Shown in pieces: positions 23,751 through 38,084 of a stretch of 64,000 nucleotides of DNA. Positions within the stretch are counted from its first letter, which is position 1, and each line of letters opens with the position of its first letter. Source of the stretch: Ostrea edulis (taxonomy: Eukaryota); the NCBI RefSeq assembly GCF_947568905.1, contig NC_079164.1, forward strand, positions 15,562,001 to 15,626,000. Direction: 5' to 3'. The translations under genes were made by a program, and so were the position numbers. A model generated the notes under the pieces. The model saw nothing but the letters and a program-made list of their open reading frames with translations. It had not been told where the DNA came from and made no database searches.

Positions 23751-26700
23751 CCGATTTAACGATAGAATGCGTCCTATATACCTGCAATGTAGCAAAATGA
23801 AAATTGCACACAGTGCATGTTTCGGTAAAATTATGTAACACATCACTCGTATGCATTTGGAAAGTTATCTTAACGACCCACTTGGGCCGTTCTTATTTGC
23901 AAATTAGGTAAGCGTTCGTTTTTGGAAAACAGCATGCAGCAGGGTGTTCCGATGGCAGTTTCCGGTAAAATGGCAGTCAGTTCGAATCGAGAAAAGTGAC
24001 ATTTCAAAGTGTTGAGTTTACAATATTATTATACGATTTTTTACAGTGTTAAGGACTTACAAATTACCAATGAGGTTAGTTGTATATAAATTTAACTTTA
24101 AATGTACGCGTTTATTCTTTGATAAGTTTAAAATCGTTTTGGAGCGATTCCGCAATTTTCTGCTACATTACGGGTATATGGGAGGTATTCTAACTGTGGT
24201 GAGGGCCTGTCCCGAGACACAGTTAGATTATTCTAACTAGGGAAAGACCAGAGACTGAGAGAGTTACAAACCCATAGCATACTCGATTCTGATAAAACAC
24301 GGTCGAATCAAACGAAACTGAGTATACCCGGTGACACGCTATGAATCGAGTGACCCAGCCACAGTACAGTAATGAAAATGTTTACCTTCTATATTGTACA
24401 GGTTGGGAAAATCTCTACAACGAGAAATTCTCTAGCGAAAGTAAATATATCCCGTACAACCGAGAAAAATACCCGTGGAGTACATCTCTTTGTTTTTCAC
24501 GTGAAAAGAAGAAAAAGTGCTAAAATGTCTGATACTTCTGCAAATCAATCAAAACAAAAACACGGATGTGCATTGGATTTCAGCATCCTTTCCTCTTGCG
24601 CAGCAACTTTGATATGCAATTTCTTCACTGTGTCATCAATTTTATAGAGACAATTTGCGTCATGTTGAGTGTGTGTTGCACTTATTCAGCATTGCACGGA
24701 GTTTGCCATTATTTTCAAAAAAGACACCAAAACACCTGTTTATGGTAATGTTTACTTTCTCGCTAAAGAGGAATAATCATAATTTAGAGAGAAGATCTTG
24801 CTATAGGGGAAGTGTTCCCAACCTGTTGTATAAACCTTATTCGGCATAGAAATGATCAACATATTTACAAATCCTGTTTATTTCACCAGTGTAAAAATTA
24901 AAAACATTAAATGTCTTAGAATAAGAAACTTTGGATACTACTGTCTCCAAGGTCGCCAGCTTGAAGCCGCCTTCACCTATCAAAATTTTTCAACTCAATC
25001 AGCTCACCCAACAAGATGCATACACAATCCCGGCTCACAATCAAGTGCATCACTGGTTAACCTGATTATGCTGGATCGTTAGAATCGAGTATGCTACCTG
25101 TCATTCCAAAAACCTTCGATTTACAGTTCGTCTTTTCCCCCCCATACAATTGAGGTCTTAAATCAATGTATTCTTGCATTGTCATGTTAAAATTTTAATA
25201 TATATAATAATATATCAAAATATCTAACATATTTTCATACTACACTTTACAGCTTTAAACATTCATTAATAAAGCCTCATGCAAACCAAAAACTCATAGC
25301 TTTTAATTAGTCCCCTACCGACGAAGTCGGAGGGGACTTTAGGTTTGCGGTCCGTCAGTCTAGTTTTTCCACACTTTTTCTCTCTGTTTTTTCACTTAGT
25401 TATGACCCTTGGACTTAGAAAAATAGCATGAATTATCAGTTTTCCAGACACTTTTTTGGTTGTGCTTGCAGATATTCATTTGATATTTGGTACATTGCTT
25501 TGCCATAACAAGTTACAGATCAAGTTCGAATTTCATCTTGGTCCGTTGATTTTTCATAAAGTTATGGCCTTTGGACTTAGAAAAATAGCATGAATTATCA
25601 GTTTTCCAGACTTTTTTTGGTTGTGCTTGCAGATATTCATTTGATATTTGGTACATTGCTTTGCCATAACAAGTTACAGATCAAGTTCGAATTTCATCTT
25701 GGTTAGTTGATTTTTCATAAAGTTATGGCCCTTGGACTTAGAAAAATAGCATGAATTATCAGTTTTCCAGACTTTTTTGGTTGTGCTTGCAGATATTCAT
25801 TTAATATTTGGTACATTGCTTTGCCATAACAAGCTACAGATCAAGTTTGAATTTCGTCTTGGTCCGTTGATTTTTCATTAAGTTATGACCCTTGGACTTA
25901 GAAAACTAGCATGAATTGTTAGTTTACATCCAAGTTTCTTATCTCTGTAGATAAAAGTACTACACTCATCAAAACTTCTAGCATAGTAATAAAACAATAT
26001 AGCTAAATTATTCATGATCACCTACATGTCACAGTTTATTGACTTGGTTAGACTTAAAACCTAATTATGAATTTGTCTTTTTTTCTGGTCTAGTCTCTAC
26101 TCGAATAGTAGTTGATTTCCAACCATTCCTATCCTGGGTCCCCAATTTTCCCTTTTCATAACCTACATAATGAACTTTGAATCTTTTTCTGGTACAGTAA
26201 TTTTTGAAACCGGTAGGGGACTATGTATTGCCATGCAATACTCTCAGAATGCTTGTTATTTCATTCTTTGTGCTACAAATCTTATGTCTGAACCTGTAGT
26301 TGAACTTATCCACAACTGCCATTGGTCATAACAACAAATTCATCAAATTGTTTTGGTCTTCATTGATTACATTGGAGTAACTGACTGTCTCCTGTATACT
26401 GTTCGAAGTGGAGTTTTATTTCTAATGGCAGCTTAATGGTACTGGTGAATCTTTTTTAGAATAACAATTGAGAAGGACACAAAGGTTCCTAATGCTGCAA
26501 TATTCACCGTCAATAAGGAGGACCACACTCTGGGGAACATGATTACAGCGTAAGTAACAGACGACTGAAGGAATTTGATAGAGTTAATACTGGTTACTGA
26601 TGTATTAATACTAGGAAAATTGATTTCAAGATTTTCCTGTATTGAAGAAGTACTCTATAACCGGTATTTTCTGCAGTTCAAAAGTTTTGTGATTTGATCC

Positions 26701-29102
26701 CAGAAAGGTAGTGAATAATATTCTGCATTTCCAATTTCTGTGGTTGCATTATACCAATATATATCTAAATGTATATTTTGTGATTGAAATTTTTGCAGAT
26801 TTTTCCCATCTGCAGAAATTGAACAAGTGAAAATATCTGTTGTATGGTAGTTATTCAGCAGCTAAAATAAGGCTGTAGACCTTCAATATTACCCATATGC
26901 AAAGAAGAATGACAATATGTTATTTACCAATAAATTCCATTTCTATGTAGCCAGCTGAGGAAAGACCCACAGGTTTTGTTTGCTGGGTATAAAAACCCCC
27001 ACCCCCTGGAGCACAAGTTTGTCTTGAGGGTACAAACCACTGCTGACTACAGCCCCCAAGAGGCCATAACCCATGCCATTACTGATCTGATCTCGGAGTT
27101 CTCACTGCTAGAGGAGAGATTTAAGGTACATTTTGTTTGGAGTTGCGTTTTGTGTTGCCTGCCAAACATAACATACACCTTAGGATTATAATTTTTCATT
27201 TTCTGTCTGGAATTGTACTTTTACAATCAAATGTGATTGTTCCTTGCAAAATGCCTTTCACTTAGCACATCTGAATTATAAGTTCAAGTGAGCTTTCCTT
27301 ATTAAGGTTGTTGGTTGTCCATTTGTACTTTTCACATTTCAATTTCTTTTCAAGAACCTTTGATTCAATTTCAACCATACTTGCCAAAAGGCATCCTTGG
27401 ATAAATTGTTTTAAATTTTATTGAGATGAAGAGCCTGTCTAAGCATGCTAAGGGGAAGTAATGAAGAAATTGTGAAAATAGGTTTAGGTGTTTAAAAAGA
27501 TTCAAGTTTCTTCAATCCATGAGCTCAAGCCCTAGGACCAGGACTGGACCACAATTGGGGGTTCAAAGTTTTACACTGGAATATGTACTGTAGGAAAATT
27601 CTTTTAAATTTTCTCAAGAACCACAAGAATGTGTCAGATTAATCTGCAAGTATCCTCATGTTGTGCAGATTCAAATTAACTTGCACCAGAGGCCAGGGAA
27701 AAGCTACAAGAAGGGGCAGAATTTTTACAATAGATCAATTTGATATGCAAGCATCCTTGTTAGTGTAGATTCCAGTTGGTTTAAACCATGACTTCCCTGA
27801 GGCCAGGGCATGTTCAAAGTAGGGATTAAAGTTAAAGGGGCGTGGACATGATTTGTTGAAAATTTTCAAATTTTATAATTTCCATTTTCATTGTTTACAA
27901 TACTCAACTATGGTAGTGTATTTCTAATGGTCAACCAAAATTTGAATATCAGTTGTTGAGTTACAAGTGAGATACAGCACTCACAATTCTTTGTTATCAA
28001 CACTCACAATTCTTTGTTATGTAGACGAGGCTCGTGCCATTTTTTTTGTTTACATTAAGATTGCTTAATAGAAAATATGTTTAAAACCAAAGGAGATATG
28101 CCAAACACTAGAAACTATTTCACTGTGTTCTGAATTAACTTGTAAATTGAAAAATTCAGCTTTAAACGAAACTTTTACTAGGTTAATACTTAACCTATGT
28201 AAACAAAAAACATGGCACGAGCCTTGTTTACATAACAAAGAATTGTGAGCTCTGTATCTCCCATGTACCTCGACAACTGTCTGACATTCAGATTTTTGCT
28301 GACCATTAGAAATATTTTAATTAAGCATTCTAAACATTAAATGTAGAAAAATGAAAATTTTCAGCTCAAATCATGTTCATGGGGGCCCCTTTCAGTTGGT
28401 ATAAAAACTTTTACATAGAAATATGTCGTAAAAATTTTGAACACAGGAACCATAAGGGTACAATCAGATTTGTTTTTATCTTCGTGTAACTTAGATTCAC
28501 TCTTCTTCAAACCTCTACCCCTGTGGCCCAGGTGGGGTACCAGTAAGGGATTAACTTTTTATATAAGGATAGGAGAGATATTTAAAAGTCTTCTTTGAAT
28601 CACAAGGGTGCTATTAATCAAATTGATTATGTGTAAACTTTTTCATGTTTCATAGATTCAAACCATTACCTCCCCAAGCTAGGGTGGTGCTACAATAGGA
28701 ATTTAGAATTAAAGAAAAATAGGAGAACTTCTTCTCAAATGCTACAAAGATAAAGTTTGTCAAATATGTATTCAACAGTACCATATAGTGTAGATGCCAG
28801 TTTGTTCAAAATGAGGGGCCATGGAAGGACTTTAAAGTTTTAGCGACAGAAAGTTTTACAATTATAGTGTCCCAAACTTATAAGTACTTTGTAAGCATTG
28901 TGGCTTATGGACATTTGTTTTTAAAGAAACCATTCATGTTTCAGACTTCAGGAGACCTCTGTAAATAAACATTGTACATTAAAACATAACTAGTTCACTT
29001 TTATTTGTTGGCAGTAAAACGTCTTGGAAAGTCTTTACATTTGAGATACGTTTTATTTTACAGGAAGCTGTCCGCGAAAAACAAGAAGGAGACTTGATTT
29101 AA
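23507..29102 (+). CDS. POLR2J: RNA polymerase II subunit RPB11 (118 aa)
   Basis: Exons 23507-23559, 26460-26549, 26951-27125, 29064-29102. Protein [86 protein letters not shown]...EKQEGDLI is clearly RPB11. Confidence 0.98.
25310..25925 (-). mobile_element. Helentron/HINE-like element with ~163-bp satellite core in POLR2J intron 1
   Basis: Hairpin GTCCCCTACCGACGAAGTCGGAGGGGAC, then 3-4 near-identical units (CTTGGACTTAGAAAAATAGCATGAATT...). Confidence 0.75.
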
Positions 29103-30677
29103 AGGAAGCTACATTTTTACTAAGAAATAGGACAGTAAACAAGACGATTAAACTCAGCGCCAGCAGAGCTATGTGTGGGAATGTGGTTGCCAAAGAAGGA
29201 ATCTTGCTAACATTTTATTGAAAGTCAAAAAATTATAAAACAGAAAGAGAATGGAGACGACAAACTTTGTAAGCAACTACATTGAAGTCTTAGTGCTTAA
29301 AACAGTATCTCACCAGGGACGTATGTACTGGTGTTTTTAGGAAAGACGCAACTTTTGTTCTTGTTGAGATTTTTACATCTGGGAGAAAATGAGGAATTGT
29401 GAATGTAATATGTGTACTTGAAAGATGAATGTAAATCTTTTGTTTGACTGTAGTGTTTGTGAATATGAATGTTTGGTAATAAAAAGAGAATGTATATTGT
29501 TAAGAAAAATATTTTATTTATAAATGAAAAGCACAAAGCTCTGCAAACAAGGGATGCACAATAGAAGCCCATATCTTTATGCAGGATATTGTTACTGCAG
29601 TATTCTGTGAAATCGCATTCTTCCATATTTAACTGTTTGTGAAGTATTAAGATTGTTTTCATTGGAATGTTTTAGATGTTGATTAACTGTGTCCTACTCT
29701 TGTGCGTTGATTCCAGAATTTTTGGAACTAGAATTATTAAATGCTTACATATCTACTTCGCTACAGAAATAAACCAAATCCGATATCAAAGTGCTCTGCA
29801 ACCTCGGAGAAACTCTTGGCATTTCCCATTGTACTAGTACATCTACAGTGCATGTACCTACATGGTTTCCAAGTTGTCTTTTTTTTTTTTTAAAAGCTGA
29901 CCATGAAATTAAATAATAAAAGCATTCATGCACATTGCAAGGTAAATAATATACTCCGATACTCTCCTTATGGAGGATAGCTGAACATCACAGACTTGGA
30001 AGATAGCTGAACATCACAGATTTGGAAGATAGCTGAACATCACAGACTTGGTGTGTCAAAGTCTGTATAATGAAGTGACTTGTTTATAGTAGGAATGCAA
30101 ATGGAGTTCATGGTTATGTTTAGAATAAAGGGAATTACATTTTCAGCAAGAATGCATGTACATCTTTGGTCTGTTATGGTAGCCCCAGGTAAACAGTTGC
30201 CGGTATCAAATGTGTTATATTTACTGCGACCTTGTGTGCATTACTTGTGTTTATGCATCTGCATTTTGCACAAATATAAAGTTTTGTGCCCATTGCTTAT
30301 AATTCCATTCTGTCAGTAGGTAATTGGTGATGACAGGATTACTGCAAATACTTGCAATATGTACTTGCAGAGAAAAACTTTTCATTTGCATTTTCATCTT
30401 GCTAATTTACCTTGTGTTTCTGGTAATTTTGAGTACTGCATGGTGTTTTTAAACATATTTATATTTGTTTCTTATTCCCAGAGATTTACTATAATATTAG
30501 AGATGTACACGTGTTGAATATCTGCACTGATACATGTAATTAGTAAACACCAATATGAAATGAAGTGCAGCAAAGCTCACCCCCTTGTAGACCATGCAAA
30601 CCCGATACATATACATATATTAATGTACTCAACTGATATGGTGGATAAACAAACACTTGGAATTATGGTATATTTAT

Positions 30678-32744
30678 TAGCTTACCTGAGCTCAAGTGAG
30701 CTTTTCTTAACACCTGTTGTCTGTAGTCTTTCTGTTTATCCATTCGTTAATCTGTAAACTTGACAATTTTCAACTTCTTAACCACTGAGTCAATTTCAAC
30801 TAAACTTGGTACAGAGCATCTTTAGGTGAAGGGGATTCAAATTGTTCAATAAAGGGCCATGTCCCCATCCAAGGGGAAATAATCAAGAAAATGTAAAAAT
30901 AGGATGGGGTCATTTAAAAATCTTCTCGAGAACTATTGGGCAAGAAAAGATCAAACTTGTGTGAAACTCTCCTGACATAGTGTAGAATAGATTCTAAATT
31001 GTTTATAATTCATGATCTCAGAGGATAGGATGGGGCCACAATTTAAGTTATAGGAAATAATCTATAAAAATCTCAAGAACAGCAAGACCATATATAGTTA
31101 AACTGATATGCAAGAATTTTCAAGTAGTGCAGATTCAAGTTTCATAAACCATTGCCATAGGGGGTTGGGTGGAGCCACAATAGGAAATCAAAAGTTTTAC
31201 ATGGGAATATATGAAGAAAAATGTCAAAAACAGCAAGACCATGATTAGTCATATTACAATGCAAGCATCCTCAAGTTGTGCAGATTCAGTTTTATTTTAA
31301 ATCATGGTCCTGGGGTATGATGGTGCTCCCGCAATAGGGAATTCAAGTTTTACCTAAGTATACATTTACATGGGACAAAATCTTATTCTCGTCAGTCAGA
31401 ATCATTCATATTGGTATACAAGCATCCTCAGGTAGTGCAGATTCAAGTTTGTCCAATCAAAGTTTTAAATGGAAATATATATGGGGAGAACATTTGAAAA
31501 TCTTGAAATAATTATTGTCCTCCTTGTGACTAACCTATATGAGCAAGTATTTTATAACAGTTGTCAAGAAATGCCATTACTACAAAAGGATATACTGTTT
31601 CCCATCTTTTGGATGAAAGGTGAAAATTGCAAACATTGATCAATCTCATAACTCCTATAAGGAATGTAAATTAGAGAGTTGGGCAAACACGGACCCCTGG
31701 ATATACCAGAGGTGGAATGGGGTGCCTAAGAGGAGTAAGCATCCCCTGTCAACTGGTTACACCTGCTGGAGCCCTATATCTTGATCAGGTAAATGGAGTA
31801 ATCCGTATTATTCCGTAGTCAAAATCAGTGTGCCAAGAACGGCCTAACAATCGGCATGAAAAACGTCAGACAGCATTTGACCCAAAGATAAGTTGTATTG
31901 GCAAACCAGATCATTATAATAACCATAGAATTTGCGAAATGTTGACTTTAAAGGAGACTGTTGAAACCCCTTTCACATCAACTTGTTTGTCAGTAGCTTG
32001 CATCGATTTAACAAGAGGCCCAAGGGCCACATCGATTACCTGGGTGACCTTGGCCTTCCCGTTGTGATTTTGAAAAAGAATTTTTATCAAGTTTTATTCC
32101 CATGAAATTTTTGACCCCATATTGTGGCCCCAACCTAGCCCCAAAGGATCATGACATAACTAAAAATGATTTCACAAAACACGGATGTGCCTCAACACCA
32201 ATATGACTAACATGACCTTCCTGTTCTTATTAAGACAAAAGTCACAAGGCCATAGTGTGAAATGAAATATCTTGCCATAAGAAATCTGTATACAAAATAT
32301 GAAATCTCCATCTTACACAGTTCAGGAGATATTGATTAGGCATGAGCTGAGCAAAGTTGAATCTACTCTATACCAGGAAGCCTTTGGGTAAATCTCTATC
32401 CTTATAGTAAGTTGGTTCTTGAGAAGATTTTCCCAATATATTTGCATGCAAAACTTTGATCCCCTATTGTGGTACCACCCTATCCCCGAGGATTATGGTT
32501 TTAACAAACTTGAATCTGCACTATGTCAGGAACCTTTCATGCAAGGTGAAGATAACGAACAGTGATCAATCTCATAACTCCTACAAGCAATACAAAATAT
32601 TCATGTGAATTTCAACTTTTCTGGTCCTATGGTTCTTGAGAAGATTTTTAAATGACTCCAATTTTGTAATTATCTCCCCTTTAAAGGAGGCATGACCCTT
32701 CATTTGAAGAAACTTGAATCCTCTTTATCCAATGATGATTTGTA

Positions 32745-32775
<31 letters not shown>

Positions 32776-32870
32776 AAGAGAAGAAATCGAAAATGAGAAC
32801 AGTTTACAGACAGACGGACAACAGGTGATCAAAAAAGCTCACTTGCATGAGCTTTCAGCTCAGGTGAGCT
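30678..32870. mobile_element. Cluster of degenerate Helentron-like elements and a dispersed repeat (31617-31995) whose start recurs at 32543-32600
   Basis: Termini AGCTyACCTGAGCT / AGCTCAGGTGAGCT, an ACAAGAGGCCC start, a GACA microsatellite and a shared TGATCAATCTCATAACTCCTA block. Confidence 0.55.
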
Positions 32871-33360
32871 AAAACTGATCATACGCACACCAAGGTCTTG
32901 TGTATCGAATCAGTTGAGAGATATAAACACCATATGCAGGTAATAATGGAATATTGCTACATAAATATGGAAAGTTGACGATGGAGAAGCTGAAATCATC
33001 CCGTTCGTCATAAAGTTGAGTTGTTAGTTTGCCATTAATATTTGTTTTCAATAAAATATCTAAGTACGAAGCAGACGTGGAGGAGTCTGTGGTGTCCTTA
33101 ATTTCGTGTTCACAGGGATATATCTAATCGACATATGAATGAAAATGAGTATTGTTAATAGATAATACGTCGTCGGTATATCTAACTGTCGAGTTGAAGG
33201 CCACAGCAAGATATTTTTTCTTCTCATGTAGAAACTTTTGAATAAACGCTGCTTCATAAGAATATAAAAACAGGTTAGCTAACGAAGTAGCACAATTGGT
33301 GCCCATGGGAATTCCAACAGACTGTTGGAAGACCTGATCACCAAAGACAACGGCATATTG
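32869..33360 (-). mobile_element. Degenerate retroelement reverse-transcriptase fragment (Penelope-like)
   Basis: Frameshifted pieces GIPMGTNCATSLANLFLYSYE, RYTDDVL and LYDERDDFSFSIVNFPYLCSNIP...YGVYISQLIRY are typical of RT plus C-terminal domains of Penelope-like elements. Confidence 0.8.
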
Positions 33361-33882
33361 TCAATGAGGATTGTATCTTGCTTAACGTCTCGCTCGAGAA
33401 TTTTTCACTTATATAGAGACTTGGATGACTTTTTCGAGTAAATATAGTGTGCATTTTGTGTGGATAAAAAAATTCCAGACATTTGTTGTGCTAGTGAATT
33501 CGTGGTGTTAAAACATACACCAATTCTACAAAATTAAAAAGAAGGGATGATTTCACAGGGCTTTAAAAAGGCTTTACCCAATATTTAGAATATGTTTTTA
33601 AACATGCAAGTTCTTTGCATGGTTATAATTATTTCAAGGCTCGAGTTTAAGATATGAGACAGTATTTGGGAATGCATAATATTTCCTGGGGTTGGTCCTA
33701 TTCCGAAGAATTCTTTAAGTCCGTTGGATCCGCACATCGACCAGGCCTTCACAACACAAGTCAAGCACATTTGGATTTTATATTAACATCTTCCAAAACT
33801 AGTATAAAGTTTTGAATTTTGATTCGACAGTAGTCAAACTATGTCAAAGTAACACATATAGAATCGTCATCTAGTAAGTATA

Positions 33883-34422
33883 TCAATGGTTTTCTTGTAG
33901 AAGGCGCATAAATATTCCAACAGAACACCCAAGTACAACTATCTGTGCCAGGAACTTGGAAAGCGACACTAAATAGTCCGTAGATCGGTTCTGTCTATTG
34001 GAAAGTATGCAACAGAACACGCACTGACCCAGAGCACGGACGCCCACCTCCAGTAATGACCACGCGGCCTTGACATATTGCACCCAGTGAACCACCCTCT
34101 GGGTATTCACGGCGATCACGAGGGCTACGGCGATCTGAGGAACATCCTCAACCCATGTGGATACCATGGATACGATGTCCGAGGACACACAAGACCCCCG
34201 ATCTGTGAACATCTCTGCGGCAAGGTTCACGACCTCGAACATGAAGGTCAGCGAGCCCAATGATGCCACCCCTAGAATCGTCCAGTGGAGGTAGCCGTTG
34301 TTAATCACGTAAGGCTCGGTACTGTCCTTAACCTCTGTGTAGAATAGCCAATCACAGGAAAGGTCAATGACTTCCAAGAAAAACACCACGAGCAGTACGA
34401 CCCAGTGACGACAGGATGCCAT
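33883..34422 (-). CDS. Uncharacterised small multi-pass membrane protein (179 aa), single coding exon
   Basis: Open ORF with an acceptor 10 nt before the ATG (ttctgcag|AAAACACAAAATG) and 4-5 hydrophobic segments. It aligns without gaps at about 45% identity (hand count 80/176) to 57133-57663. Confidence 0.9.
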   Translation of the reverse strand: MASCRHWVVLLVVFFLEVIDLSCDWLFYTEVKDSTEPYVINNGYLHWTILGVASLGSLTFMFEVVNLAAEMFTDRGSCVSSDIVSMVSTWVEDVPQIAVALVIAVNTQRVVHWVQYVKAAWSLLEVGVRALGQCVFCCILSNRQNRSTDYLVSLSKFLAQIVVLGCSVGIFMRLLQENH

Positions 34423-36159
34423 TTTGTGTTTTCTGCAGAATTCAAAATGAGTTTTCGTATTTTGAAGGCATTGTTATTAGGTCTATGATAATGCATTCTT
34501 GTATGAAGATAGTATTAAACAGATTTAATCGTCTGCATGTCTCCAACAAATCTATTTGGCACGTGACAGTATTATCTAATTCAATGTTTGTCACATTGTC
34601 TGCACCGTTGTCAACTGTTTGGAAACTTTGCTATTACTGATCCCCAGTGTAACGTTTGGCACACACGCACGCGCGCAATATGCACAACTTACATTTTTTT
34701 TTAATACAAGTCTCCAAATGGAAATGTTCTCGTGACCCCTACATCTTACGCTATATTCTATTTTCTTAATAAGAACAGGAACATTATCGTTGGTTAACTA
34801 TCTTGCACAGACATTCCCGTACAATGTATCACTCATGACCGTGTCATAATAATCAATTTAATACTTTTTGTGCACTAGCTGTTGGTAAGTATTTGTATCG
34901 GATCGATATTTTGATAAGGGGACATCTGTTACCCTACAATGGCATTCAGTCTTTACTTGTGGACTATTGGGATGCCAAAATCATAATTATAGCAAATCAT
35001 AATGGAATTAGCATAATGTAATGAATAATACATTTATATTTGGTAATAATGTTGAATTTTTGCAACGGAAATTCGACTAAAACCTCCGATCAATCGATTA
35101 AGAAACCAGAGTAAAACTAACATTCTTACTAGAAATACATCACGATCGCGTTCGTACACCATTCTTAGTTCCGCAAACGTTGACAATATAATTATTCTCT
35201 TACGCAACGGACAGAAAACCCCCAATAGTTAATAACATTTCATTTAGTATTCATAACACAGTATATTTTACACCGTGGGACACGTTGTTCAAACCCCTTT
35301 CTATCATCTTGTTCTCGTCCCATACTACCTTGCATACAAGTTAGAATTTTTTTTTAATTGAAAACTTTTGAATTTATTCTACATAGTAAAAAAAAAAGGT
35401 GCAGTTTTTGTAGAATTAAGTAATCTGAAATTATATTTAAAAACCTCCGCCGGATTGGAAGTTTCAGCAGACGATGTGCTAACCTACTAAGCTACTCAAT
35501 GAATCCTGGAAGGAATAGACAAATATTGCTGATGCATGTACTTATATTTTCGTTCATGGCTGTCATTATGACGTTGTAGAGTGCCCCCTTAAGATCGCAG
35601 TTCTAAATTCACTCCACGACGGTAGACTCTAGTCATTAGCCATATAAGATTCTTACCTTTATAATTATATCGGGTAACATTCAACACATGCTCCATCCGA
35701 TGTACGGTGTATCTAGATATAATAAATTGAACTGATAAAAGGTAAACATGGCCCAGTAAACTGGTGTTCACTACGTACTCATAATAATAAACATATACCC
35801 CGATAACGAGTAATATCCACATTCACCCCGAAATCGAAAAAAAGGTGTTTGATAACACCATTATTACAGGTACCTGTGGAATGCGAAAGAAAATCGAAAC
35901 CATTCGAAACGAAAATAACCGAAACGAAACCAATGAGAACGAAACGTAGTTAACAGAATAGATTAAAACCTACTGACGAAAATGATGTCAAATATGAAGG
36001 ACACAATCCTATTCATTGGCTGGGAGGTAATAGAGGTCTATTCTTTTTTTTAATTAAAACTTATTTTTTATGCATGGATTTTGCGCTGATATTTTAGTGA
36101 AACACACGGTTGGCACAGTCTGTACCACAACACTGTGTCATTTACAAACCAATGGATTC

Positions 36160-36310
36160 GGCGTGTCACACCATCGCACTTTGGCGTGTCAAACCATCGC
36201 ACTTTGGCGTGTCAGACCATCGCACTTTGGCGCATGAGTGTGGACCATCGCACTTTGGCGTGTCACACCATCGGGGTTTGGCGTGACCATCGCACCTTGG
36301 AGCGACCATC
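36160..36310. repeat. ~23-bp tandem repeat (ACCATCGCACTTTGGCGTGTCAC)
   Basis: About 6 units read directly. Confidence 0.85.
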
Positions 36311-38084
36311 ACACTTTAGAGTCTTACATATATATAGTCCAAGTCTCCGGTTATGGGTCCGAAAGTTTCCAGAAAGAGCTTCTTTTAAGGAAATGGTTTA
36401 TTCGGTATTTTTTCATTTAGAACAATTAAGATAGCCCCATGGGACTTTACATATATAGTGCATATAGTAGAGAAAATGTGTACTTTTGTTATTATCCACT
36501 TCGCGGATTATAAAACCTAAACTGCACCAAGTTACATTATATCGTATAACATAGGTTAAAATTAGCTTCATTCCTTAAATGATACCGGGAAAAATTAATG
36601 TTTATCAATAAATTTATTGAGTTTAAACACCCCCCCTCCCACCAAGAGAGAGAGGAAGGGGGGGGGGCTGATAAAAATTGTAAAGAGACTATTCGTAACA
36701 ATTTGACGGAAGTTGCAAAAATTCTGTCCTTATAGTTACGTCTCCATAAACGTGACCCACAGGCTGTGAAATATACAAGATATTAGATTGGTCGGAACAA
36801 GTGGTGTGGGGATATGTCATTACTGATATCCCTCAAAACTATTTTTTCACAATTCGAAAGAGAGTATTAGATAAACTTTTATAGGTGTCCCTATAGCTTA
36901 TATTTAACATAAATGTGGTACTTCTTTAATTGCTTTTACAATAATGTGTGTGTATTCTCTTCTAGACATTATGAGGACGTCCTCACTTAACAGGTTTCGT
37001 GAGTTAGAGAGAGACAGACAGACAGACAAATAGACAGAGAGAGAATCATTAAGTACTTACTGAGCTATAATTGTAGTATCAACTCTGTTGAACCCTTCAG
37101 GAGAAACTTCAGATGTATTGTGCCACAACACATACGTGAAAATCAATAGCATCATCAAAACTTTCAACATTTTAAACCACGATAAATTAAAAACTAGTCC
37201 TTTTGACACCATGGACAGCTTCTTCTTCAATAAAAATGGAACTCGAAAATATTTACGTCTTGTGACAAGTCACCTAAAAACTACTTTCTTCAGCATCACT
37301 CTGATTCTAGACATACACGTACTCTGAAGCCGATATTAAAAGGATTGACAATAATATCTACGTAGTCTTCAAATGGCGATTGAGTCTTCCAACATTCCTC
37401 ATGGACACTTGGACCCACCTTGACACGAGGGACATGCCGTAAACTCTATATTGAATAGAGATGTTTGCATATCATTTTGATAAATTGCACTATGTGGTTT
37501 TTAAAAAGATTTTTAAAAAATCCCTAAATATAAAAATTAAATCTTTGGATTTCTGTTGTGGCTGTTTTGAACCCGGATGTCAGTGTGTGCACAAAAATTT
37601 AAATCTACAAAACGTAAGGGTACTTCAATCTGTACATCACTATATAAGAAAACTTTATTCATGTGGTTCTCGAGAAGATTTATAAAACAACTTCAAACCA
37701 CAACTGTGTCCCGGAACAGATCGCGATCCTTTACAGGAACAAACTTTAATTCCCTTTACTTAGAGTGCTTGATGCCAAGTTTGGTAAAAAATCAGCTTAT
37801 TAGTTCTTGAGAAGAAATCGAAAACGTAAAAAGTTTATATGCAAGGTTACAAAATAAATAAAGTTGCAAAATAATTTAACAACAAAATAAATAAAGTAGC
37901 AAAAGAATTTAACCAAAAAAAAAAACAAACAAACAAAAAAACCCAACAACAACAACAACACAGGAATCACAGTATAGCGAAAGTAAAGCAATGCATAGAA
38001 AAGTCCCAACAGGTAAATAGTAAAGAGGATGCAACAAAGGAGATATGCACGGAAATATAAGAGGCTAATTTTGTTTAATAAGTT

